Assembly (NCBI GenBank): GCA_026025795.1
Contig: JAPEUG010000105.1
Span: forward strand, 1 to 45,454
Direction of reading: 5' to 3'
DNA length: 45,454 bases
From: Thelocarpon superellum
Taxonomy: Eukaryota
Shown here: piece by piece, positions 23,957 through 35,613 of the stretch
Layout of the letters: every line of letters starts with the position of its first letter
How positions within the stretch are numbered: the stretch's first letter is position 1
Position numbers and translations under genes: made by a program
Notes under the pieces: model-generated
Told to the model about the DNA's origin: nothing
Database searches by the model: none
The model's input: the letters and a program-made list of their open reading frames with translations, nothing else

Positions 23957-25024
23957 ATGCCCCCTCGGATGGAGCGTACGACTCCGTCATCCGCTCCCTC
24001 CTCGCGTCCGCCGATCCAAACACTCCGCCAAGCTCGCAAACAATATCAGCGCTCGACCAACACCTGCAACCTCTCGGCGGTAGAGCTACGACGGCTCGAG
24101 CGGGCCGCCGAGCTCCAGGCGCGGGCCGATGCCATCAAGGAGAAAGAACGGCGGCGCAAACAGAATCGTGAGCGACGCGAGCGCAGACTCCATCGGGAGA
24201 AGGCGGCGGCGGGTCGGCGGGATAGTGCCGCACGCGGGGACGAGAACAAGGGAGATGGCGGTGACGATGGGGACGAGGCCGGCCCGCTGATGGTCCCGCG
24301 CAGCCAGGAGGTGTTGGGCACATTCTGGGGCCCGGGGAAGAAGCGAGGGGGCCGAGCTGCAACACTAGCAACGGACTCGACGGTCGAGGGTGCGGAGGGG
24401 TCGGAACAGCGTGCCGGTCGTGGAGCTCTAACAGACCTGTCGACCAACGTCTTCAATGCAGCTCTAACGGCACCCCCCAGTCCGACATGTGAACGATCTG
24501 TCGCACAGTCGACTCCCTCTATCTCGCAACATCACTTCCTCCCGCCGTCCCAACCTGCGTCCTCGATGCGACAGCAGCTGGCTCTACCCGAGTCCGACCA
24601 CGGAGAAGAAGCTGGAGACTGGGACTCGCTCTTCCCCAGCAACACTCAAGTTCAGCGGGAGCTATCGCAGGACGTATCGGCCGCGAGATCAGCACGGATT
24701 TCTCCACCACCACGACCGCCCCCCTCACATCCACCATCTCGACCGGCTCCGGCACAGCCCATACGCCTTTCTCCACGGAATGAATGCGACGACCTGGAAG
24801 AGGTGCTCTCGACGCAAGATCTCGAAGTCACCCATGCAGACCTAGCGGAGATCAAAGCTTGCACACGGACAAGACAATCTTCGCCTGACCAGTCACTTGG
24901 TCCACCTCCTCTGCTAGACAAGGAGGATGTTTCCCAACGAAAACACGAAAACGACGGAGAGCGAGAACGAGAGAAATGGGACGAATCGTCCAACGTAGAC
25001 GAAGAGGTGCTTCGACTCCTCTAG
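23957..25024 (+). CDS. Hypothetical protein with N-terminal charged coiled-coil and disordered S/P/acidic C-terminus
   Basis: Uninterrupted frame from ATG 23957 (MPPRMERTT...) with coiled-coil-like LSAVELRRLERAAELQARADAIKEKERRRKQNRERRERR and a DWDSLFPSNTQVQRELS motif. Function not recognised; start uncertain. Confidence 0.7.
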   Translation: MPPRMERTTPSSAPSSRPPIQTLRQARKQYQRSTNTCNLSAVELRRLERAAELQARADAIKEKERRRKQNRERRERRLHREKAAAGRRDSAARGDENKGDGGDDGDEAGPLMVPRSQEVLGTFWGPGKKRGGRAATLATDSTVEGAEGSEQRAGRGALTDLSTNVFNAALTAPPSPTCERSVAQSTPSISQHHFLPPSQPASSMRQQLALPESDHGEEAGDWDSLFPSNTQVQRELSQDVSAARSARISPPPRPPPSHPPSRPAPAQPIRLSPRNECDDLEEVLSTQDLEVTHADLAEIKACTRTRQSSPDQSLGPPPLLDKEDVSQRKHENDGEREREKWDESSNVDEEVLRLL

Positions 25025-25356
25025 TCTTGGCCCTCGCGCGGTGCATCCTCATTCTCACCCAATTGAGCCTTGAGTTGGACCGTCATTTGACGAGATGTGG
25101 CTAGGTTGGGCGAGCGGGACATGGCATGGTGGACGAGAAGGTGTTTAATTCTTTTTCTTTTCGATTCAGGATTCATTTCATTTACTTTACTGGACTTGGG
25201 ACTGGAGCTGGTCATGGGCGGACTTGCGATGCGTGACAGGATGCATTGACAACCAGACAGATGGATGCATGCGAGGGATGGGATGGAATGGGACGGGATG
25301 GACAGAGATACGGAACGGTCGGGAGCATGGAGTATTGATTTTGTATATCTCGCATG

Positions 25357-25400
25357 CACCATCACCACCACCACCATCACCATCACCACTACTACTACTG
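25357..25400. repeat. (CAC/CAT/CTA)n trinucleotide microsatellite
   Basis: caccatcaccaccaccaccatcaccatcaccactactactactg. Confidence 0.8.
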
Positions 25401-25710
25401 CCAACATGTCGATGATAACGGCCGGATCAGATGGATTGTGATGAGGTGAAGTAAACTCTCCTCAGTGTCGTCTTCAGGTGTGAGTTTGATCCTGTCCGTC
25501 AAGACGCAGATGCAGATGGAGATGTGGTGGCTTTTTTGGAGGAGTGGAGGAGACGTTATATGCATGGTAGCATTCTCAATGCAGCACGCCATGTCCGTTC
25601 TTTACATAGATGGCCCGCTACCCCCCCGCTCCCTCTCCGTCAGCAACCGTATCTTCATTCTCCCACGAGCACGATATGCAATGACACGGACGGCGCGACA
25701 TTACACGACT

Positions 25711-26544
25711 TTATTCTTCAACCTCCTCCTCTTCTGCTTCCAGAGTCGTTTGTGCAATCCCTTTTTCGACGGCACCCGTTAGCCTTGTTCATACTCCACC
25801 AACGCGTTGACGATTCCTCGGAGGCGAAGTGGGAACAACTCACGATCTAAATCCCGCTGACCGCTCTGAGTAATGCGACGACCGCCCTTGTCCTCGTCCT
25901 GCTCCAGCACGCCAATCTTCTCGAGCGCCTGCATCACTTTCCGGTCCACGCTGCCGCTGGCATCGACGTGGTGGCTGGGGCGCGAGCCGCGGTTCTTCTG
26001 GGATCCGTGCAATTTTCGTAGCCGTCCTACGCCCACCGTTTTGCGCATGTAAACGTGTCTTGCCACTGCGGCGGCGCGTGTGTAGAACCTGTTGGGGGGT
26101 GTGGGTCAGTGTCGGCCTTGATGCGTGGAGGTTGTACATGTCTGGTCGAGGGTGGAGGAACGTACCAGTCGATTGATTGCGGAGGAAGCTCGTTGCTATG
26201 TGACGTCTTGACCGTATCCACCCAACCTGAAGAGATCTCGTCAGGATATGACCCCCCTGAAGACCCGTCAAGGTGGAAAAGGTCTTTCGAACCTGGAATG
26301 GGCAGTTTGCCCTGTCGCTTCAAAAACGCCGCGTATGCGTCGATGAACTGCTGCGCCTACGATGGAAAAGAAATATCAGCTGCCACTCTCCGGGTTGGCT
26401 CGTCCGCGAGCAGTGAGAGCCACGGGACCCAGGGTAGGTGTGATGTCGAAGAGGACGTCGAGGGACGAGCTGGTCGGATCTTGCAAAGACGTGCTCCGAC
26501 TGGTAGCTACTCACATCGACATCTCGCACAGACACACCACCCAT
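25711..26544 (-). CDS. RPS19: 40S ribosomal protein eS19; exons 26544-26515, 26356-26293, 26226-26166, 26088-25844, 25760-25711
   Basis: Spliced product MGGVSVRDVD|AQQFIDAYAAFLKRQGKLPIP|GWVDTVKTSHSNELPPQSIDW|FYTRAAAVARHVYMRKTVGVGRLRKLHG...GGRRITQSGQRDLD|RIAQTTLEAEEEEVEE*. Confidence 0.97.
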
Positions 26545-26928
26545 AATTGCGGTCAGACAGCAACTCCTGGTCGGAAGGCTGTGGGCAGGACAAGCGCAAA
26601 GTTCTATTGCCAGACCGTTGTCGTCGACCTCGAATCTGTAGTGTGGTGGGGCGGACATCGCCGGGTTTCGAGATTCAGGTCTATACTAGCGGGCGCTAGT
26701 CGTGTTGTGGTTAGACCACCTCACCGGCAGCCCTAAAGACAGTCTCGCATGCGAGTGGTCAGACTCTTATCCAGCGGTCTGACCCCTCCTTTACTCAGAT
26801 GAATGTCTATAAAACACATCATCATTGCGATTCAATCTGTACGTTGGATGTATCCCTCTGCAAGCTTGCGCTCTCTGAACTCCCATCCACCATGAAGATG
26901 CCCCGCTGCCGATACTCAATCGCAAACA

Positions 26929-29139
26929 TTAGACCGTTGGCGCCCGCCGTAAACCAATACAGTACCGTACGAACAGGGCGTCAATGAAGTGATCGTGCTT
27001 GATTCCCGGAGGCCGACATTGCGCAAATTCGTCAATCGCTGCTCGTACCTTGTACCCTCGTCGCTCGACCAGGTAGGCGACGATGAAGAAGCCGGTGCGA
27101 TTGAAGCCATAATGGCAATGCACGCCGATCAGAGGACCCGGAGCAGCTGAATCATCCGCGGGATTGGAAGTCTTCTTTCGCTCAGATAAGAGCTGATCGA
27201 CCAGATCCACAAACTCCCTCACCTCCTCCACAGTAGGCGGGATCTTGCTAACGGTCGCGAGCTTGTGATACTTGACCCCACCTTTCTCCAATCCTCGGGG
27301 GTCGTAGACAGGACTCTCGTGGCTAATGTCAATCACGTCGGTGATTCGACCCGCCCATTCGCGAACAAAGATGTCCGGTCGATGCCGTTCATCAACCTCT
27401 CGCAAGGTCTTCATGGCGCAGAAGTGGCCATCGATAGGGGTCGACACTGGCGCGACAGCCTGCCACTTTTTCAAATTTTTGACATCCCATTTGCCTTCAG
27501 TGGATAGGTACTGTAGTTGCCATCCCAATGAGAGCCGAAGCGAGATGTGAGCAGCCATGAAGTCGGAAAGAAGACCTGAAACGATGCGAGCCGTGGCAGG
27601 CATGTACATGAGCCCATGCGCGGCTGGACTAGGGACAACAGTCGTCTTGAGAACGCTGCGGATGGGCTCGGCAGCAGTCTCTGGAGATGCGCTGGCCATA
27701 GCTCGTCCCGCGGAAACCGTATTGTTCACGTCACTCGGCAAAAGGGAACGAATGGCGGTGTCCCCGCTGTCGAACGAGCGTCCCAAGAAAGCGGCAATGT
27801 CTTCGACCTCTTTGGCTTTCGTGACCGCATCGTCTTCGCCGGCGATGAGTAGCACTGGAAGGTTGAGACCGGCCCAGACGTCTTTCCCGGGAAATCCTCC
27901 TAAATAAGTCCCGCCCTTGTCGTGTTTGGGCAGTAGCCCCCAGATCATCCGCTTCAGCACAGCCGTGTTGCTCTGCGCATTGAATCGCGCTTGTAGTCGG
28001 CGAGTTTCGGTGTCGGCATTTCGACCCACGAAACGGATGACACTGGGACTGTCTAATCCCCCGCGCCGATCCCATGCACGCCAGGCATCCCAGACAAAGT
28101 CAGGCAGATACAACGCCCGCCGAGCGGCGCGTGCGTCAGCCGCCGGGGGGCCAGTTGCCTTGGGACAAATAGCGAGCAGTCCGGCCGTCTGCTCGACTAG
28201 TTTGCTCGGATATGGGGAGGTGGGAGAAGCAAGCAGCGCGGCTAACGAGCAGCCCATGCTGTGACCGATCAAAATAACCTTTTGACCAGCGTCTTGATCG
28301 CGGTGCTCCTCGATGACGGTGGCGAGGAGCTCGACCAGCGCCTCTGTGGTGTATCCATCCCAGGATTTGGGCGCAAAGGACGACAAGCCACAGCCCGGTA
28401 GATCAATCCCCAGACAGGGTGCGAGATGTACGAGGCTGGTGAGGAGCGGATGGAATTGGGCTAGTGAGCCGCCAAGGCCATGGATGAAGACCAACAGCGG
28501 TAGTGGCGCCGGAGTAAGCGGGAGCTTATCAGCCTGAGGATGAGGTCGGTAAAAGGTACGAATGCCAGGATAGGTGAGTCCTCGACGGGGAAGCGTGTAG
28601 GATCGGGGTTTGGAGTGCCGATTGAGCAACGGCGGATCCACGGCTGATTTCTCTGATAAGGATCCGCCTTAGCCATTGACCTGGAATGGATGGGATCCGC
28701 GAGAGAAACGCAACTCACCAGAAGAGTTGGAGGATCCATCGCTCGACCCTCGTCCCGAGCGACCAAGGTTGCGAATGGAATCATCGACATCCCGGTCGTC
28801 TCGACGAACTTTGCCGACCAGGAGCCAGAGCGTCGACATAAACGCACATGTTGCAGCTAATCGGACCATCCCCCAAGCGTCAAGTTTGCTCGTCTGGGTT
28901 TTGATATACCCATCAAAAGCGGAGGCAGGTGAGACGTCGTAGCAGTGACGAATCCACTCGCCGAGGCCGGACCTTGTCCTTTGGATCGTTGTGAAGCTGG
29001 TTGTCTGCGCTGGTCTGACAGATCCACTGGACGTTGTGGTCGTCGATACCTTTCCTGCTGCAACGGTAGTCTGGACGAAGAGAAAAGCAAGGACGCCGAG
29101 AATCGTGATGTAGGACATGCGGGCGGATACATTGGCCAT
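26929..29139 (-). CDS. Fusion protein: hydrophobic N-terminus + alpha/beta hydrolase + dual-specificity (PIR1/DUSP11-like) phosphatase; exons 29139-28719 and 28652-26929
   Basis: FIHGLGGS oxyanion motif, GHSMG nucleophile elbow and IAGEDD acid; C-terminal P-loop VHCHYGFNRTG. Intron 28718-28653 (GTGAGT...GCTAAG...CAG) joins an upstream exon with hydrophobic segments (YITILGVLAFLFVQTTV; LAATCAFMSTLWLLV) in frame. Confidence 0.88.
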
Positions 29140-30444
29140 GGTCGATACGTATACATCAAACACGACGTTCCGATTGCGGTCAGGGATTAGACTTGTGTGT
29201 GCAGGGACCCGGTCATATGAAGACTGTACTCCAAGGCCATGCATGGGTCAGCCTGTGCTCCGTGACGTGCGCCCCGGGCGTCGACCAGCGCGGCTTGGCA
29301 GCTGTGACCGAGCATAGGATGAGCTTGCGTGCAGGATGACTTGGACCATCACCCGCTGAAACTTCCACTAACCTTGCGTGACACGTCAAATCATAGCCGT
29401 GGCCCTGATCCAATCCCGAGCTGGTGCGGCGAGGGGCATCAAGCCGACGAAGCATCAGAGACGGCTTGCACGCGCGCCAGTAAATCGGACGATTGCGGAG
29501 AATGGAGGTCGTCGTTGGGATTCTGGCCGACCATGCCGCACGCCTATGCAACCTCGGGGCCGGATTTACACAGGTGCATATGGTGCTCTGGAAGCTCCAC
29601 AACAGAGTCTTGTCTGACGCTGGACCCATCAAAGCCTAAGGGACGATCCGTGCCGAATCAAAGCTCCTCATTGGCTAGGGGGAATACGCAGTCACGTGGG
29701 TGATCTTCCCTGCGCCGCCGGCCTCTGCGTAGTCAGACGACTTTCCAGTTCCAGAGCCTGGCTGCTAACCGGGTACGTTCGTCACGAACTTACCGAGCGG
29801 ACGGGGCGAGCGAAAGGCTCTACTCAAGCCACAGTGGCTGCTGGGCGAAGAAAAGGCGCTGTATGAAACGGGGAAGCGATACGTGGCGCGGCCACGTCCA
29901 CTTGCAAATGGGCATACGACTGAGCAGCGTCATGGGCAAATAGAGCTGGTGATTGCGACGACCACGCTGGCAAGGGCCCTCTGACCAATGCTCTCACCTC
30001 GGATAAGACATTGGATAACAGTTCTACCAGCCTTGGTAGGCACCTGAGTCTTGCCGCAGATCTCCGTGGACCTGAGCAAGTTCGGGCTTTTGGCGACTAG
30101 CCACTAATAGCGGGGCACGCTGGTTGTCGGCAATTGGCTTAGCCATCCAGAACCATACGGTCGTAGGGAGCGATTGGATTGTTGACGATGTGGGGTCAGC
30201 CGGTGGCCTGTGACCCCACCGAAGGAAATGATCTTTTCCGGGGCCCAGCAATGCCCCTTCGTCGCCCGGTCAATCTGGAAAATGCAGGACCTTGCGATCG
30301 TGGTGGCCATCATCACGTCGTCTAGCTCCTGTGTTGGGCGGCTTGCGCAGACAGCGAGCTCTGTTCTCTACTCTGCTGTCTAGACTGTCTAGACGATCGC
30401 GTGGGCCCGGCTCGGAAAGCCTACGAGAAGTGTTGCAAGGGATT

Positions 30445-32561
30445 ATGGCTTCAAACAATGCGAACCAAAAGTGCGAAGATGCAGGCGACCCAAGATATCT
30501 CGCCTTCCGACCCCTCCCCGAAGGAGCGACGCGAGACGGCAAGCCGGCCCTCAATCGATATTCGACCGTGTTGACTCGTGAGCATGACTTCCCTGGCGCG
30601 CAGGTACGCGGGACGAGTGGAGTGGGGGAACATCTGGACATCGACTCGTGGACTGACGCGAAGTCGTAGGCGATGTTGTACGCAGCCGGAGTGCCAGATC
30701 GGGAGACGATGAAAAACAGCCCGCATGTTGGTGTCGCGTCGATTTGGTGGGAAGGGAACCCTTGCAAGTGAGCCATGTCCTGTCATCCCAGCCTGCACTC
30801 GGTCTGGCACAGGAGCTGTGCTGTAGAAACGTTGATGCTGATCCGCATCATGCAGTACGCACCGTGAGTCTTCCCTGTCTGTACAAGGCACCAGTCGCGG
30901 GGAGCGATTGAGAAGCGAGCGATAGACTAAGATGCATCTCCAGTGCTGGACTTGGGCAAGACTGTCAAAGATGCGGTGCAGAAGCAGGGGATGCTGGCCT
31001 GGCAATACAACACCATTGGCGTGTCTGACGCCATTGGCATGGGATCCGAGGGTGAATCGTCATTGGTGGCCAAGGCTGTCGCCCGCATGAGGCTGACTTA
31101 CATCTGGCAGGCATGCGGTACTCCTTGCAATCGCGCGAGATCATCGCCGATTCCATCGAGACTGTTACCTGCGCCCAACATCACGATGCCAACATCTGCA
31201 TTCCCGGATGTGACAAGAATATGCCGGGGTGCATCATGGCCATGGCACGGCACAACCGGCCGTCGTTGATGGTCTACGGCGGCAGCATCCTGCCCGGATA
31301 CTCCAAATTGCTCCGCCGAACGATCAACATCAGCACGTGTTACGAGGCACATGGAGCGTATCTCTACGACACACTAGAGAATGGCGGGGACGCAACCAAG
31401 TCCAAGAGCGACATCATGGATGACATTGAGGAACACGCATGCCCAGGAGCCGGAGCATGCGGGGGCATGTACACGGCTAACACGATGGCATCCGCCATTG
31501 AAGCCATGGGACTCACGCTACCGGGATCGTCGTCAACACCCGCCACGTCGCCAAGCAAGATGCGAGAATGCGTGAAAGCAGCCGACGCCATCCGGATCTG
31601 TCTGGAGCGGAATATCTGCCCGCGTGACCTCCTCACCCAAGAGAGCTTTGAGAATGCCATGGTCCTCACCATGGCCCTGGGCGGAAGCACCAATGGCGTC
31701 GTGCACTTCCTGGCCATGGCCACAACAGCCCAGGTCGATCTCACCTTGGACGACATCCAGCGCGTCAGCAACAAGGTCCCCTTCATTGCCGACTTGGCGC
31801 CTTCCGGCCGCTACTTCATGGCAGATCTGTACGAGATTGGCGGCGTGCCATCAGTCATGAAGCTCCTGGTCGCGGCCGGGCTCATGCACGGGAACATCCC
31901 GACCGTGACAGGCAAGACACTGGCGCAGAACATCGAGGCCTGGCCCTCACTCCCACCCGACCAAGTCATCATCCGACCGCTGAATAACCCTATCAAAGCC
32001 ACGGGGCATCTCCAGATCCTACGCGGCAACCTTGCACCAGGCGGAGCCGTGGCCAAGATCACCGGCAAAGAGGGCACGGCATTCACAGGCAAAGCGATGG
32101 TCTTTGACAAAGAGTCCGGGCTCGACGCCGCCCTCACCAGCGGTAAGATCCCGCACGGCGAGAACCTGGTGTTGATCGTACGATACGAGGGCCCCAAGGG
32201 CGGGCCGGGCATGCCGGAGCAGCTGAAGGCGTCGGCGGCCATTATCGGCGCCAGTCTGACCAACGTCGCCCTCGTCACCGACGGCCGCTACTCGGGCGCC
32301 AGCCACGGCTTCATCGTCGGCCACGTGGTCCCGGAAGCCGCGGTGGGCGGCCCTATCGCCGTGGTCCGCGACGGCGACGTTGTTACGATCAACGCCGAGA
32401 CCAACGCCCTCAACATGCACGTCTCCGATGACGAGATTCGCGCCCGTCTCGCCACCTGGCGTAGACCCGCTCCGACCGTCACCAGGGGCACGCTGGCGAA
32501 ATACGCCGCCCTGGTTTCCGACGCCTCGCATGGCGCCGTCACCGATCTCTTCGACTCCTGA
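30445..32561 (+). CDS. ILV3: Dihydroxy-acid dehydratase (IlvD/Ilv3 family); exons 30445-30603, 30670-30767, 30856-30863, 30944-31051, 31111-32561
   Basis: Motifs GNPCNTHLLDL, SDAIGMGSEGMRYSLQSRE, PGCDKNMPG, ACGGMYTANTM, RYEGPKGGPGMPE, TDGRYSGASHG; four canonical introns. Probably the second (Ilv3B-type) paralogue rather than the main mitochondrial Ilv3 (inference from the acidic, non-presequence sequence after the AUG). Confidence 0.93.
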
Positions 32562-32731
32562 CCTGGACGTAGTCGGTCCCTGCGTGTTGTGCATCGCGGG
32601 CCGATAGCTGATAAATGGCAATCTAGCGGATGTAAACCACGTGGAGATTGCCACAAGCTGCGTAGGGCGGGCCTGAATCGTCTTCGGCCATGGCGAGGCA
32701 GCCAAGTCTCGTATCAGCCGTCTCCTCCCTT

Positions 32732-34070
32732 CTAATTTGTCGTCGTCGTCTTGTCTCCTGCCCGTCCCTTTCCTTTCTCGTTCGTGGCCCCGCCACCCTC
32801 TCCCTGTTCCTCCTCCTCTCGCTTCCCTTCTTCCCCCTCATCGTCCTCTTCATCCTCGTCATCCAGGTCCTCCAGTGGAAAGGTCAGCAACGCCGCAATG
32901 CCACCGAGGGCCTCGAGGCGCTGGCCACTCTCATGCATGCTCGAAAGGACTCTGGCGTCGCCGCCCTCGGCCTTCACCGCGTCGACAAGCCGCACCCAGC
33001 GACGGCGGGCGCCGACGTCATGGCTGCGAAACAGCGCGTTGCTAACGAGCAGCACGCCGCCGCCTCGGCCCACCGCGCCCTTCTCCACGGCGCGCTCGAC
33101 CTCGCGCGGTCCGTACCACGCGCGCCCGTCGTCTTTGCGCAGCATCGTGAGAAATTGCTCCATGTACCGCGTTTCGCGTGCGTACTTAGTATCTTTGAGC
33201 CGGGAGAGCACTTCGGGCGATTGCAGCACTTCGTTGAGCGCGTGCACGTGGCCAGACGAGGAGTGCACGACGATGAAGTTCTTCTTCTGCGCCAGCAGGG
33301 CTCGGTCGTTGCTTTCCCGCGCATGGTTCATGGTGTATTCGAGGAAAGAGGCGGCGGTGAAGCCTGGAGAGGCCAGGAGGACGGGCTTATTCGAGACGGC
33401 GGAGGCGCTGTTGCTGACGTCCGCGTGCCGAAGGAGCGTACTCAGCACCAGGGCAAAGAACTTGGCCAGCCCCTTGTCATGGTCCGCGGCTCGGCCGGCG
33501 CGTTTCCGCGGAATGGTGGCTTCGACGCGTTGGCGCAGGATGGTCTGATGCTCGGTGATGAGGCAGATGTTGGCCAGGCCTTCTTGCATCACGACGGCCA
33601 CGACCTCGGCGCGCTTGGTGGGGTCGGTGGCATCGTGGAGGGCTTCCAGCGCCACACTGTCCCATCCCTCCGCCTTGGACAGCGTAAAGGGCCGAGAGAG
33701 CGTCAGGTCCAGGGTATGGTGCGCCCCGACTTTCGTATAGGCGTTCTCCGCCGCGATGATGCCGCTGATGTGGAGCTCGGCCGCTTGCGAATCGAAATCG
33801 AGTCGTTGCACCGTGATCAAAAAGGTCGTGTGGATTCGTGTAGACGACGTACTGCCCGTGCTGGACTCGGTCGTGACGCGCCGTAGGGCGGAGGCCAGTA
33901 GTTGGTCGCGGGGCCGGATGAGATTGTAGGCATGCCACTGACAGAATCAGTCTCGTTGCGTGGATGCATCTCGCCTCGATGATGATGCATACCATGTCTT
34001 CTGGCTCTTCTGGGAGAAGGGTGACGCTCCCGGAGCCATCCCGGTCCAGGCTCTTCTTCAAGATGCGCAT
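32732..34070 (-). CDS. DOM34: Ribosome rescue factor Dom34/Pelota; exons 34070-33993 and 33937-32732
   Basis: MRILKKSLDRDGSGSVTLLPEEPEDM|WHAYNLI..., GAHHTLDL, AWYGPREVERAVE, SSMHESGQRLEALGGIAALLTFP, then an acidic tail. Confidence 0.96.
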
Positions 34071-34475
34071 CGTGCACGAATGCACGTTGAATGGACGTAC
34101 GCGTCCAGGTGCGTGGTCGGTCGTTCGTGATACAGGATGTGTAATGACTGTCCGTTTGACCTCGGCGACGGTAGCCCCGCTACCGCACTACATCCCCACA
34201 CGCTTCAGCAAGGGCCTGAAGCCGCATACGTCGAAGGTGACATCAACGCCTAGCTTTTTCCATTCGACCCATTTCCCAACATTCCTCGCCGGAAAGCATC
34301 GTCTGCTCAAGTCGACACTCCATCACTCGGGTACAAAGTACATTGTTGTAATCGTCGTGAAGGGTAGTACGAGATAACAAGTGACCACGCATGTCATTAT
34401 AGAGACCAGGGATATCGAGATCGCCCGAAAGATTAGCCGAAGACGTCACGCAGCTCCAACAATAGCCGGCACCCG

Positions 34476-35613
34476 TCATCTCGCCGGACCATCCCTCCAC
34501 TCCTGTCCATTATCAAGGCCCTCAACGGCCGCATCCACATCTCCGGGCGCAGCCAAAACGCCGTCTGCATCATCGTCGTCTTCTTCCAGGATGCCCGCCA
34601 GCTCATCTTCGGTGCCGGGCTCTCGTGTGGATGATGCCTGCTTCTTAGACAGCACGTCGACTACCCCTTCGTCCGCCGAGACGGAAATTCCTCGCGCACC
34701 CCACCGGCCCGCTGGCTTCGGCCGGCTGTCGGCTCCGTCTGCTGCTGGCGCTTCTTCGTCCCCGTGATCCACGTGCTTCGTGCCGATGATCCGGCTGACT
34801 AGCCACCCTTTGCTCAAGTCCTCCGAGTCGACGATGCCGCCTCCCCGAAGCTTCACCCGCTGCCGCGACCAATACACCCAGGCAAAGTCGCAATACAGTG
34901 CCGTCTGGATGACGCCGAAGATGATGGCGATGGGGTGAGATGGGCCGGGGTGGTCATCTGCATCGGCCGCACGCGCGATCCAATTGAGGATGTAGAAGGC
35001 CCGATAGGTGCCGAGCGCGAGGAGATAGAACGAATCGATCACCGTGGGCACGGTCGTCTGTCGGAGGAGCAAGAGTTGCGGAAGCACACAAACCGACTCC
35101 AAGACCTCAGAGAAGGACCATAACACCTACACGGGATGAGCACCTCCACCGCTAGAGGCCAAGCGAGGACACACACCTTCACCAGCCCTGTATGCGACCG
35201 CTCAAAAATGAGCGTGACCAGGGGAGCGGCGACCAGGGCGCCACCCAAGCAGGCGCCGCCCAGCTTCCATGCCTTCTCCCGCTCCCGAGTACGGGGGTAG
35301 ACGCGCATCATCAACACGATGACGTAGATGGATGAACAGATGTAGAAGATCTTGAGCACAAAATTCCACCATGCCACACTCGGGGGGACCCAAAACAGGT
35401 CCAGGTAGCGAGTGACAAAGACGAGGACATAGAGGCCCTGGGTGATGAGTGATACCCCTGTCCATCGGGTCAGCCACGACGCCGCCCAAGCGAGGCGGGG
35501 ACGAGTGACCCACCTTCGGCGCTCTTGTTGGAGTGGATGGCCCAGATGAGGATGCATTTCGACAGCGTGTGCGAGATGTCCCCTAGCAATCGAAAGACGT
35601 TCCACACCCCCAT
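34476..35613 (-). CDS. ERD2: ER lumen protein retaining (HDEL) receptor; exons 35613-35514, 35457-35177, 35126-34476
   Basis: NVFRLLGDISH, SAE|GVSLITQGLYVLVFVTRYLDLF, WSFSEVLESVCVLPQL, LGTYRAFYILNWI, GVIQTALYCDFAWVY; long acidic C-terminal extension. Confidence 0.93.

Noticed and set aside
32690..33886. 398-aa ORF antisense to DOM34
   Set aside because: Opposite-strand shadow; the hydrophobic start is just the complement of the purine-rich acidic tail.
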